Shown here piece by piece: positions 26,528 through 35,255 of a DNA stretch of 56,751 nt. A model generated the notes under the pieces. It searched no databases, was not told the DNA's origin, and was given only the letters and a program-made list of their open reading frames with translations. This stretch comes from a virus (Duplodnaviria; Caudoviricetes): IMG/VR virus record IMGVR_UViG_3300023174_000197, positions 1 through 56,751 of that record; one strand, 5' to 3'. Position 1 is the first letter of the stretch, and each line of letters begins with the position of its first letter. The position numbers and the translations under genes are program-made.

Positions 26528-27608
26528 AAATTTTTGTTTCAATCAGCTTGATTAGTTGTTCGTTTGTGAGGTTGTTTATTTCTTTCTCCCACACAACAAT
26601 TATAGTGTATTTCCTTTCAAGAGCAACTGCTTTTTTGTGTTCATCCTTTTTCCATCTTTCTGCTGCAGTAGTCTGTCCAGATGGGTAATTGAGGACATCT
26701 CCAGCAATGTATAGTGCTGGATTAGCATGCCAGTAATCACCATTAAATTCAATCAACAAATTGAGTTCAGGAATGAATAAGTCATAGAAGTATCTACGCT
26801 TTTTTCCTTCTTCTTCATACTTGATAATAAATTGTCTTGTATGTGTAATTTGCAGAGCAGCAAGCGCTTCAGATATTGCTGCTTCGCCTTTTGATTCTCT
26901 ATAGCCTTTAATGGATTTTGTTCTTGATGCATCTGAATTGATTGACTTGTCAAGCCATTCTTGTCTTTCTTGTTCTGATTTATTAGCCCACACTTCCGAA
27001 TTACGCAAGCTCTTCCACTCACCACAACTCATCCCATACCGCTGCTGATAACTCTCTTCCTTTATTTTTTTAAAATCATGTCGTTTGAAAAAGTTATCAA
27101 CTCCAAACTCTGTTAAACATTTCTCAGCTTTCTTCTTTTTTGTTGCAGCAGCTTGTGAGATGTTTGTTTCTACACCATACTTGTCCTTGAGTGTAGCATG
27201 CAGCTTAGTTTTAAAAGCATCTGTTTTTGCAGCTTGCGAAATGCTACGCATTGGTATTTCATAATACTCAAGCAGCTTGTTTGTTTGATCATAATTGATT
27301 TCAAACTCTTGCATCAAATCTGGTAAGCTTTTTTGGTTAATTACATACTGCTTTTGCATAAATTCTTTTGTTGCAAAAGGATGTTGTAATAAGATTTTAT
27401 TAATCTTTTCTTCTTGAGATGTAATGCAGTGTGAACCAATTGGCTTACTTTGTATTTGATAGTGAGCGAATAGAGCTTTGAGTTTGTGTGAATGTATATC
27501 TTGCTCTCTGCAGATGCAAGCACAGCTTTTATTGTGAAATATATACTCCTTATCAATAAACTCTTTTGTGAGATGCGGGTAATTCGATAGTATATTAGAA
27601 ATGCTCAT
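26508..27608 (-). CDS. free-standing Vsr/DUF559-like homing endonuclease
   Basis: C-terminal SKGE...YDLFIPELNLLIEFNGDYWHANP...D..K...IVVWE; KYGV/EFGVDN repeats; lies between the intein halves. Confidence 0.85.
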   Translation of the reverse strand: MSISNILSNYPHLTKEFIDKEYIFHNKSCACICREQDIHSHKLKALFAHYQIQSKPIGSHCITSQEEKINKILLQHPFATKEFMQKQYVINQKSLPDLMQEFEINYDQTNKLLEYYEIPMRSISQAAKTDAFKTKLHATLKDKYGVETNISQAAATKKKKAEKCLTEFGVDNFFKRHDFKKIKEESYQQRYGMSCGEWKSLRNSEVWANKSEQERQEWLDKSINSDASRTKSIKGYRESKGEAAISEALAALQITHTRQFIIKYEEEGKKRRYFYDLFIPELNLLIEFNGDYWHANPALYIAGDVLNYPSGQTTAAERWKKDEHKKAVALERKYTIIVVWEKEINNLTNEQLIKLIETKIYAKSKN

Positions 27609-27631
27609 ATAGATATTTAGTCTATATGAGC
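27603..27631 (-). promoter_or_regulatory. perfect 11-bp hairpin with TAAATA late promoter in the loop and the HEG start codon in the 3' arm
   Basis: - strand GCTCATATAGA-CTAAATA-TCTATATGAGC. Confidence 0.85.
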
Positions 27632-27655
27632 CAAAAGATTGGTGTTTTCTATTTT

Positions 27656-28456
27656 TTATTTCACAGTTACCTCATCACCTACACACAACTCATCAGTACG
27701 CCTGTAGCATGCAAGTTCAGGCAGCCACACCCTATGATTTTCTGTAAGAGTAATGACTCGTCCATCATCAAGCTCAACTTCATACCACTGCTTACCATCA
27801 TTATCTTTAGCAGATGTGGAAAGGATAGGCTGATATTCCAGCTCACCTGTATTTGTATCAAGCGTTGCAACATGAGTTCCAACCATGTTATATTCAACCA
27901 ACTCTGCAATAGTAAGCTCACCCATCTCTGTAATCACTTTAGTGTTTCCCTTGAGACAGCCATCCACCTTAAGAGTAACATCAACAGTCTCACCAAATGG
28001 AAGAACATCAGTAAGATTCTGGTAGCGTTCTTCATCAGTCTTATTCAAGCCATACATCAGCGGACATTTAGCATCCAGAGTTTGTGGCATTGGAACTTCA
28101 TACTTAGTAACACCAATGAGATCAGACACTTCTTTACCGATATTGTCGCTGTAATTACCAAATTGATCTGCAAAGAAGAAAGAATCGATGATATCATATG
28201 GAGACATCACAATGCCAAAGCTATATACACCGCGGAGCTTCATAGCCTTGACACGATTGCCGCGCTTCTTGAACATTTCAGCCCAAGGTTCATCAGGCAG
28301 CACAGTATCAGGCTGAATGAGCACAACAGCATCTCCAACCTTGTATTTGTCCTTCTCAACGATGCAGGTATAACCCAGCACCTTGGCAAGGTCTAATTTG
28401 TCAGCATTTGGATGAGGTTTGATTTCAGAGATGAGTTCGATAGACGCTAATTTCAT
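27656..28456 (-). CDS. RNA ligase (DRB0094/Rnl2-like) N-terminal half fused to split-intein N-part
   Basis: MKLASI...HPNAD.L...KLRGVYS.G...KTDEER.QN...TLKVDG|CLKGNTKV...TENHRVW; intein starts at 27958. Confidence 0.9.
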   Translation of the reverse strand: MKLASIELISEIKPHPNADKLDLAKVLGYTCIVEKDKYKVGDAVVLIQPDTVLPDEPWAEMFKKRGNRVKAMKLRGVYSFGIVMSPYDIIDSFFFADQFGNYSDNIGKEVSDLIGVTKYEVPMPQTLDAKCPLMYGLNKTDEERYQNLTDVLPFGETVDVTLKVDGCLKGNTKVITEMGELTIAELVEYNMVGTHVATLDTNTGELEYQPILSTSAKDNDGKQWYEVELDDGRVITLTENHRVWLPELACYRRTDELCVGDEVTVK

Positions 28457-28493
28457 ATTATTATTATATTAACTTTCCTTAAAATTGTAATAG

Positions 28494-28724
28494 TTAGATA
28501 ATGTATATAGTCAAGGTTTTATCACAAGCGCTTTGAGTACAAATGTAGCTGCAACCACTTTGACCACTCCCATGAAGCCTTGTTGAAGTAATATAACCCG
28601 CTAACTTTGTTGATATTACAGAACCATCATCATAAACTGCTAACACATCCAACTGGATGGAGGAGTTTAAAATTGCTTGTTTGAACTTCTCAATGGTGCA
28701 AATGTAATGCAATGCTCTTTTCAT
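28494..28724 (-). CDS. hypothetical protein
   Basis: Start MKRAL after TTGACT-N16-TATAAT-N6. Confidence 0.55.
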   Translation of the reverse strand: MKRALHYICTIEKFKQAILNSSIQLDVLAVYDDGSVISTKLAGYITSTRLHGSGQSGCSYICTQSACDKTLTIYII

Positions 28725-28762
28725 ACTATTATTATACAATGGTTCTTAGTTTAGTCAACTGT
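28725..28762 (-). promoter_or_regulatory. sigma70-like early promoter (representative)
   Basis: cagTTGACTaaactaagaaccattgTATAATaatagtATG. Confidence 0.75.
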
Positions 28763-28945
28763 TATGCAGAAAACATTTCTGTAATCCATTCATTTACTAC
28801 ATCATCTCTTGCTCCATAATAGGATTCAATTTGCTCGGTGATGGCTTCTAAGAAGTTTGGGTTGTAATACTCCCATTTTGCATCTGTTTTGGATCGAAGC
28901 AATGCAAGGATTTCTTCACCAATGTTTGCATATTGTGGCATGATT

Positions 28946-29095
28946 TTACTTTTCTCTGTATTGTTGGATAATTCCTATGAAAATATAAACAATGGATACA
29001 ATGTTTGCAATGTCAGCAATCCACCCTGGTTCAACTACATTGCTATGAATTGAAAGAAGGGAACCGAAAATGAGATTGAATTGATAATCTTTCAT
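28946..29095 (-). CDS. small membrane protein
   Basis: Start MKDYQF; two hydrophobic stretches. Confidence 0.5.
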   Translation of the reverse strand: MKDYQFNLIFGSLLSIHSNVVEPGWIADIANIVSIVYIFIGIIQQYREK

Positions 29096-29109
29096 AATGT
29101 TATTTTTGT

Positions 29110-29337
29110 TTAATTGCCGCCATATCCCATTCGACTGCCTTGTGGCTCTGCTGGCGGAGTTGGTGTCTTTGAAGTAGTTTGCTGGTTTGTCAAGCTGTTG
29201 TGTATAGCAGCTTTCCAATCCTCAACCTCTTTTGTCAGCTTGGCAATGCGACGAGCAGCTTCCATAAAGACATCTTCATGATTAGCAGGATAATTGATGA
29301 GGAGATTGATAAAATCAGCGTTTGACATTTCGTTCAT
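29110..29337 (-). CDS. hypothetical protein
   Basis: 75-aa ORF. Confidence 0.6.
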   Translation of the reverse strand: MNEMSNADFINLLINYPANHEDVFMEAARRIAKLTKEVEDWKAAIHNSLTNQQTTSKTPTPPAEPQGSRMGYGGN

Positions 29338-29360
29338 ACAATTTGACTTTCCTAATTGAT

Positions 29361-29561
29361 TTAGTCTTCAAAAGGCAGAGCCTCATTGATACGCTCACTA
29401 GATAGAATGCGATCAAACAACTCCATGCCTTCATCTTCACTCAAGTCATTGAAAGGCTCAACATCAAGGTCGCCATTATCATTAAAGCTTACAAGACGTT
29501 CTTTGCCCATGTAATCAATTACAACACTCTTATCTTTGATATTAATTTGTTTGATTTTCAT
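29361..29561 (-). CDS. hypothetical protein
   Basis: 66 aa; consensus promoter upstream. Confidence 0.7.
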   Translation of the reverse strand: MKIKQINIKDKSVVIDYMGKERLVSFNDNGDLDVEPFNDLSEDEGMELFDRILSSERINEALPFED

Positions 29562-29600
29562 ACTATTATTATAGCAAGGTTCCAGATGCAGTCAACTGTT
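29562..29600 (-). promoter_or_regulatory. sigma70-like early promoter
   Basis: aacagTTGACTgcatctggaaccttgcTATAATaatagtATG. Confidence 0.8.
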
Positions 29601-30018
29601 ATTTCATCATATCAGCCAAATACTCCAGCAAGTAAACTTTTGGAGCCAACCAGATTTTGAGCCATTTGATGTTGATGTATTCAAAAAACGCTCCAAATCC
29701 TATGGCAAAAGACGCTATACCAGAAAAGGTTACAGGAAGCCAAAAGCCAAATTCATCTCCCCACTTTGCAACTTCAAGCTTTTGATGTATGTAGTATGCT
29801 ACTTTGCAGACAACAAAAGGAATACTCAATGCTAAGATGGCAGCAATGCATTGAATGAGAGATTCCACTGCATGCCACATGAGCAGTTGCTCAACTACTT
29901 CTGGTGCTTGTTGATAAAGAGCATCTACAAGCTCTGTACCTGTTTTCTGAATGCCATCAAGGCTCTTGATGAGTGCTTGCTCTAGAGTGTTTTGGATGGT
30001 AGGTGTTGGTTCTGCCAT
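29599..30018 (-). CDS. phage membrane protein
   Basis: QAPEVVEQLL.W, two TM segments, WLKIW.APKVYLLEY. Confidence 0.7.
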   Translation of the reverse strand: MAEPTPTIQNTLEQALIKSLDGIQKTGTELVDALYQQAPEVVEQLLMWHAVESLIQCIAAILALSIPFVVCKVAYYIHQKLEVAKWGDEFGFWLPVTFSGIASFAIGFGAFFEYINIKWLKIWLAPKVYLLEYLADMMK

Positions 30019-30041
30019 AATGTTATTTGTTTTGGAGGTTA

Positions 30042-30263
30042 TTATTTGTCTTTGTAATTGAAAAACTCTTCTGTATATTCATGCAGAAATCCTACTATAA
30101 AGGCGATGATGAATGCAAAGAAACAAATCCACGAAAGTATACTGAAACTTGGCGGATAGCATTCACATCTGTATTTTTCTTTGGCATTTAGCCTCCGAAT
30201 GATGAAAGCTGAAGCAACGACTCCAGTGATGTAAATGATTGAAGCTGTGAGTATTGGATTCAT
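30042..30263 (-). CDS. small membrane protein
   Basis: Two hydrophobic helices. Confidence 0.6.
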   Translation of the reverse strand: MNPILTASIIYITGVVASAFIIRRLNAKEKYRCECYPPSFSILSWICFFAFIIAFIVGFLHEYTEEFFNYKDK

Positions 30264-30306
30264 GATTGTCTGTATAATGTAACAAGGTTCCTGATGCAGT
30301 CAACTG

Positions 30307-30900
30307 TTATTCACTAATAATACCCATTTTTACACCAGGCAAATTGTCAAAGTTGTTCTCTTGCTGTTTGGTTGCCATCATTGCAAGAACTCTGTCCATG
30401 CTGATGGGGCGATAGGCCCAGCAATCCACACCTGTATCAAAGCTCTTGGAGTTTGCATCATCTGGCAAGGTGCCATGCGAATGACCATACAAGTGCAATG
30501 CTCCCCTGTGGCTTTGGTTCCATACGCGCATTGAGTAATGGCACAAAACAAATTGATGACCTTCAATCTTGGTTTCAAGGAAATGAGGATAAACAGTAAC
30601 CTTGCGAGCAAGCTCTTCATTGCCAAAGTTATGATACCAATCAATGAATGGCTTGTCATGATTGCCTTTGATGAAATGAAAATGCTTGAAGTTGAGGCGA
30701 CGCATCACCCTATCAATGCCAAGAGCATCACCAAATGCAAAGTCACCAAGATGATAAACAACATCATCAGGAGTCACTGCATTGTTCCAATTGGCAATGA
30801 GTGTTTCATTCATGTCATTGGCATCAGCAAAGGGCCGATTGCAGTACTCAATTATCCGAGAATGGTAGAAGTGTGTATCAGCAGTAAAGAATGTTTTCAT
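30307..30900 (-). CDS. metallophosphoesterase (calcineurin-like)
   Basis: FTADTHF, HLGDF, GNHD, LCHY, LYGHSH motifs. Confidence 0.9.
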   Translation of the reverse strand: MKTFFTADTHFYHSRIIEYCNRPFADANDMNETLIANWNNAVTPDDVVYHLGDFAFGDALGIDRVMRRLNFKHFHFIKGNHDKPFIDWYHNFGNEELARKVTVYPHFLETKIEGHQFVLCHYSMRVWNQSHRGALHLYGHSHGTLPDDANSKSFDTGVDCWAYRPISMDRVLAMMATKQQENNFDNLPGVKMGIISE

Positions 30901-31098
30901 ATTATTTTTTATTTCTTTCTGCTTCGTATTTTAAAAGATGATCATAAAGCTTTTTTGGTATTGGCTCATAGTTATCTCCATTCCAATTTTCGATTGACCA
31001 AGAGTACTCACCATCTTCTTCTTTTACTGACAATCCTCCATAATAATTGCCTATTGTTCCAATTGTGGTTATCTTCATATTATTATAGTATATAATTT

Positions 31099-31281
31099 TT
31101 AGTATCTATCTGTTTCAACTCCATCTATGTATAGTGTAACTTGACCACCTTCACTATCGAATCGCAATTTAGCATTGTCGCAGACTGCAGTGCGGGTATC
31201 ACTCGCAATCATTGTATTGCATATGACTTGAGTCTCAGGATCAATGCCTTCAAATAACTTAAGAATGTCTTTTACTTTCAT
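31099..31281 (-). CDS. hypothetical protein
   Basis: 60 aa; TTGACG-N16-TATAAT-N6-ATG. Confidence 0.65.
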   Translation of the reverse strand: MKVKDILKLFEGIDPETQVICNTMIASDTRTAVCDNAKLRFDSEGGQVTLYIDGVETDRY

Positions 31282-31301
31282 ACCATTATTATAGCAAGGG
31301 T

Positions 31302-31742
31302 TTACTGATCGTCAACTGGTTCCTTGAAGTCAGAGTCGCATGAAATGCTCACACTACCATCATAGTAGCCATTGGAAGAGTTGACATGACGCAGCAGTAC
31401 ATCTCCATTCTTGGTCTTGAAGACAACATCCCAAATGCTGAGGCAATCAGAATACCAACGGTCTCCACCGCAAAGATCTTCAGCTTTCTTGTTAACATAC
31501 ATTTCATCAGGCACTTTGCCATCGCGGTTCCAATCATCAAAGTCAATGATTTCTGCACCATAGCATTCTTCAGGAACAATGTAGTCATAGAAGATGGAAC
31601 TGGAGCAGCAATCGCCTTCCACATAGACATTGATGTTGCCTCTGTCTGTTTCAATGCGCAATGCATCTGTATCAATGCGGGATACACCACGCAGCTTAGC
31701 ACCAATGATTTTTTTCTTGAGAGATTCGTTGTAGCTGTACAT
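31302..31742 (-). CDS. phage hypothetical protein (GDCC...SNGYY motif)
   Basis: EGDCCS and NSSNGYYDG motifs. Confidence 0.7.
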   Translation of the reverse strand: MYSYNESLKKKIIGAKLRGVSRIDTDALRIETDRGNINVYVEGDCCSSSIFYDYIVPEECYGAEIIDFDDWNRDGKVPDEMYVNKKAEDLCGGDRWYSDCLSIWDVVFKTKNGDVLLRHVNSSNGYYDGSVSISCDSDFKEPVDDQ

Positions 31743-31746
31743 GTTG

Positions 31747-31977
31747 TTAGAATTCGATTTTGGTTACTTTGGGAAGGATGCGTTTGATTTTATCATATGT
31801 ACATGCATAGCCTACGCTGGTAGCATATAGTTCTCCATTGTTGTCTGCAATGGTGTGATATGAGCTGGTGCTGGCTTTTTGGCACAGATAACCATCTAAA
31901 TCCACAAAGAATTGATTCTCTTGCACATCACCAAATTTTGGTGTGTCGGGTACTTGTTGTTCAAAAATAATTTTCAT
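31747..31977 (-). CDS. hypothetical protein
   Basis: 76-aa ORF. Confidence 0.65.
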   Translation of the reverse strand: MKIIFEQQVPDTPKFGDVQENQFFVDLDGYLCQKASTSSYHTIADNNGELYATSVGYACTYDKIKRILPKVTKIEF

Positions 31978-32007
31978 GTTGTTATTATGGCTGGTTATAA
32001 GGATTAT

Positions 32008-32223
32008 TCAACTGTTTTTTGATACAACGGGAACATCAATGAATTTATCATCTGCATCCAAGTCTACCAATTGCAAATCCAAAGCTGCATCCTCTAGCTT
32101 CTCAATGTTGATAGCGCCATTTTTTACAAGCTGACGCACTACCAATGTACCAATGGCTTGCAAATGCATTTTACGCACTGCATGAGCTCTAGCTAGATCT
32201 TCATATATTTCTTCGTTGTGCAT
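32008..32223 (-). CDS. hypothetical protein
   Basis: 71-aa ORF downstream of the pseudoknot candidate. Confidence 0.6.
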   Translation of the reverse strand: MHNEEIYEDLARAHAVRKMHLQAIGTLVVRQLVKNGAINIEKLEDAALDLQLVDLDADDKFIDVPVVSKNS

Positions 32224-32234
32224 AGTGGTAATGT

Positions 32235-32278
32235 GCCTCGTTTATTCAACAACTGGCTCCGACGAGGCTCGCGGACAG
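32235..32278 (-). ncRNA. candidate H-type pseudoknot
   Basis: CTG-TCCG[CGAGCCTCGT]CGGA-GC-CAG; loop GCCTCGT pairs with downstream ACGAGGC. Confidence 0.4.
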
Positions 32279-32298
32279 CATGTGTCTTATTCTGTAAT

Positions 32299-32373
32299 TG
32301 GTGCGCAGTGAGGGAATCAAACCCTCCCCAAAGCGTTATGAGCGCTCCGCTCTACTCAGTGAGCTAACCGCGC
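32299..32373 (-). tRNA. tRNA with CAT anticodon (Met or Ile2)
   Basis: GCGCGGT/ACTGCGC acceptor plus ACCA; GCTC/GAGC D-stem; AGCG-CT-CAT-AA-CGCT; GAGGG-TTTGATT-CCCTC T-arm. Confidence 0.9.
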
Positions 32374-32388
32374 TTTGAATGTTGCACC

Positions 32389-32763
32389 TTAACTTCTAAC
32401 AACGCGGTCAAGCAATGCTGTAAAATCAGCGTCGATGTTTTTAATGAACTTCAATGCTTTGTTTTTGGCATAACTGTTGAGATGCGCAAGCATTTCTTCT
32501 CGTGTTGCGCCGCATGGAAAGTCAGAATAAGTTTGTAAACCACTCCACAAGCCAATGATGTTGTATAGCACTGTTTCACCATCATTTACAGAAGCATATC
32601 CGTGCTCTACAATGATGAGGGGGCTGCAATTATGCAACAGATACAAGTCTCCAACTTCAAAAGTCTTGATGGTTGTATCCTCTCTGAGGACACCCAAGCT
32701 CTTGGCTCTTTCAATGTCAAAGATGTATTCTACACCTTCAATAGTAATGTTGAGTTCTTTCAT
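32389..32763 (-). CDS. hypothetical protein
   Basis: Start MKELN. Confidence 0.65.
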   Translation of the reverse strand: MKELNITIEGVEYIFDIERAKSLGVLREDTTIKTFEVGDLYLLHNCSPLIIVEHGYASVNDGETVLYNIIGLWSGLQTYSDFPCGATREEMLAHLNSYAKNKALKFIKNIDADFTALLDRVVRS

Positions 32764-32764
32764 A

Positions 32765-33058
32765 TTATTTGTTTTTCTGTTTGAGTTTGCGTTGCTTGTT
32801 GATGCGATTGCGGTCTTCAATCATCTTGTGCCATTCCTTTTTGGTGATGCCAAAAGCTCCACCAATCCTGTTGCCCAGCATATGCAAGCCACTGTTGTTC
32901 CAGCAGCGATGATATGGTTCAATGTCTGCATTGATTGCAGCTCTATCTTTATTGCTGTTTGCGTTGTTTGTATTATTTTGTGCCATGTTGTTAATGTAAC
33001 GTTGTTGAGGATTATTGCAACTGTTTTTGTTAATCAATGGTAATGGTTGGTTCACCAA
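32765..33058 (-). CDS. hypothetical protein
   Basis: ORF track; true start probably MAQNN. Confidence 0.5.
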   Translation of the reverse strand: MVNQPLPLINKNSCNNPQQRYINNMAQNNTNNANSNKDRAAINADIEPYHRCWNNSGLHMLGNRIGGAFGITKKEWHKMIEDRNRINKQRKLKQKNK

Positions 33059-33275
33059 TGTGAATCATTTTTTGACTTGGTGGATACAAGACTATACAAA
33101 CATCTGCTCTGCACAGTCTCAAAAATGCAATTTTGTGACCACAAGCATCATCAAGCAAAGCACATACATTGATGCGCAGCAATGGATCAGCTCCTGCAGA
33201 AGTGCAGTAAACAGATCCTACAATAGTATCTTCTGCATTGATGTTGCTTGGAATAGTGTTAATTTTAACTTTCAT
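33030..33275 (-). CDS. hypothetical protein
   Basis: 81 aa; TTGAAC-N16-TACAAT-N6-ATG. Confidence 0.6.
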   Translation of the reverse strand: MKVKINTIPSNINAEDTIVGSVYCTSAGADPLLRINVCALLDDACGHKIAFLRLCRADVCIVLYPPSQKMIHIGEPTITID

Positions 33276-33279
33276 AATG

Positions 33280-33561
33280 CTATTGTAATGTATTTTGCAA
33301 TTTGTTCAACTTGTTTCCTGCGATTTTATACCAAATGATGACTATCAGCATCGCAAAATTGATGACGTAATTGGCCAGCAATGGCACTTGCATCATGGGC
33401 TGCATTGCTACATACCAAAAGCACAAAACTTCACCCAGCAACCACATGAGCAAAAAGCCCCATGACAATCCATGAGCATGCTTTTGCCTGCACACCATGA
33501 TGCATTGCGGCAATGCGCAAAATGCAAACAGCATTGATCCAATCCATCCAATGATTTCCAT
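33280..33561 (-). CDS. PQ-loop / SemiSWEET-like 3-TM membrane protein
   Basis: IGWIGS...ALPQ...GLSW...W..G...Y...N pattern. Confidence 0.8.
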   Translation of the reverse strand: MEIIGWIGSMLFAFCALPQCIMVCRQKHAHGLSWGFLLMWLLGEVLCFWYVAMQPMMQVPLLANYVINFAMLIVIIWYKIAGNKLNKLQNTLQ

Positions 33562-33562
33562 G

Positions 33563-33784
33563 TTAGTTCATGTTGGGTTCACGAAAGTAATTGTCAATGT
33601 CTTTGAGACCTTCAATGACTGTTTTCTCACACCCTGCGATGCGTGCGTAATAGATGCGAGAGCAGATGGCTCGGAGCTTTTCATACTCTTGTCTGTACGG
33701 CATTGCATTTGGTTGATGATAATGTGAGGAGCTGGTGCATGTGCAATGGCGGTTCCAGCAATTGGGACATTCTGTAAGAGCCAT
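33563..33784 (-). CDS. small Cys-motif protein
   Basis: CPNCW..HCTC; C-terminus shared with 35908..36072. Confidence 0.65.
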   Translation of the reverse strand: MALTECPNCWNRHCTCTSSSHYHQPNAMPYRQEYEKLRAICSRIYYARIAGCEKTVIEGLKDIDNYFREPNMN

Positions 33785-33790
33785 AATAGA

Positions 33791-33997
33791 TTATTGATGC
33801 TCCTTCCATTTGAATTCTGTATAGTTCTCACCAATGACTATCCATTCTGCATAGTTGAGCTTCACTGCTTGTTCTTTTAATACATTGCGTTGTTCTGCAA
33901 CTATGGAAAGAATAAACAACGCAGCAATTAAAACAGCTGCTAATATAGTTGTCATACGCGCCCACATACTTTCATTTTCACTCATATTATTTTTCAA
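33791..33997 (-). CDS. small membrane protein
   Basis: One TM segment. Confidence 0.55.
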   Translation of the reverse strand: MKNNMSENESMWARMTTILAAVLIAALFILSIVAEQRNVLKEQAVKLNYAEWIVIGENYTEFKWKEHQ

Positions 33998-34385
33998 TTT
34001 TAAGTTTAACGTCTTTCATGTTCAAATCAGCAAGTAATTTCTTGGTGAGTTTATGGATGGTCAATCGACTTGGACGAGATTGAGTTGCACTGTCTTGATA
34101 CTCATAAAAAATACTCCTATCACCATCACCATAAGTGTGTATTGATTTTATGGTAACTTTTGCAAAAAAGGAATATGGAAAACTACCAACCCACATATGA
34201 ACATCACCCAATGATGCATAGCAGATGCTGTCGCTATATGTTCCAGCTTCTGACTTGAAACTATGCTCTTTGGCCAATGCATTGATTTTGGCATCCCATT
34301 CTTTATCATACTTGCCCAGCATGATCCAATAATGAGGCTTGAAGATGAATTGAAGGCTTTGAATGAGTGCAGAGATTTTTTTCAT
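33987..34385 (-). CDS. hypothetical protein, paralog of 34423..34785
   Basis: IQSLQFIFKP.YWIM...FPY.FF...RPSRLTI. Confidence 0.75.
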   Translation of the reverse strand: MKKISALIQSLQFIFKPHYWIMLGKYDKEWDAKINALAKEHSFKSEAGTYSDSICYASLGDVHMWVGSFPYSFFAKVTIKSIHTYGDGDRSIFYEYQDSATQSRPSRLTIHKLTKKLLADLNMKDVKLKIEK

Positions 34386-34422
34386 GTTGTTAACATACAG
34401 AGGTTCCTAAAACATTCAACTG

Positions 34423-34785
34423 TTAATAGTGCTTGCAATTGTATTTTTCAAGATCACTCACAAGCTTTTTGTAATATTTGGCAATGGTGAGTCGGCTGGG
34501 GCGTATATCATTTGCAATATAACACTCATCAACTTTGCCAGAATAACTGAAAAAAGCATATGGAAAGTTACTCACCCAGACTCTGTAATCACCAAGTAAA
34601 GCAGTATGAGTGTGATTACCAAATTCATTTCTTAAATTCCAGGAGTAAATTGGGATAAAATCGTAATTTTCCGCAAGTTCTTGAAATTTTTTATCCCATG
34701 CTGCGTCATATGATGCGGTCATGATCCAGTAATCAGGCTTAAAAATGAATTGAAGGCTTTGAATGAAGTTAATGATTTTTTTCAT
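34423..34785 (-). CDS. hypothetical protein, paralog of 33987..34385
   Basis: Same motifs. Confidence 0.75.
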   Translation of the reverse strand: MKKIINFIQSLQFIFKPDYWIMTASYDAAWDKKFQELAENYDFIPIYSWNLRNEFGNHTHTALLGDYRVWVSNFPYAFFSYSGKVDECYIANDIRPSRLTIAKYYKKLVSDLEKYNCKHY

Positions 34786-34953
34786 AAATTAGATTTTGAT
34801 GAATGATTCTGCTGCTCTTTGATAGTTGCGCGTTGCTCCGTTCTTGCAAAGCGTTGATACACATTTGCAATGCCACAACAGCTTGATTGTGACCATGTAG
34901 CACCAACACCATATGAAGTGTATTGTTTGAACTATAAATGTTAGCATATGATA

Positions 34954-35250
34954 CTATAACGACTTCCAAATGTTAATCAAGCGCAAAATGTAGTCATATG
35001 CAGCTTTTGCAAGGTACCAGACAATGTATGCTGCAGCATGAATAATAACGAGAAACATAAAGATCCAACTTCCTCTTGCAAAAAAATCTAAATCTGGTCT
35101 AAAGTTGCATAAACTGCCAATGCAGCCTAAAATTGCAATTATACTAAACATAAAAGAAAAGAAAACAGCCATAAAAACAATGGCATCACATGCCATTCTG
35201 ATCTTGAGGTCTTTGATGACCAATTTGATGAATTTAGTAATTTTTTTCAT
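34954..35250 (-). CDS. membrane protein
   Basis: Two TM segments. Confidence 0.6.
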   Translation of the reverse strand: MKKITKFIKLVIKDLKIRMACDAIVFMAVFFSFMFSIIAILGCIGSLCNFRPDLDFFARGSWIFMFLVIIHAAAYIVWYLAKAAYDYILRLINIWKSL

Positions 35251-35255
35251 AAGTT

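Noticed and set aside
26508-27608. Group I intron or a single contiguous intein broken by sequencing error
   Set aside because: IntN ends in a clean stop, the endonuclease has its own promoter hairpin and start, IntC has its own ATG, and the spacers are too short for an intron core.
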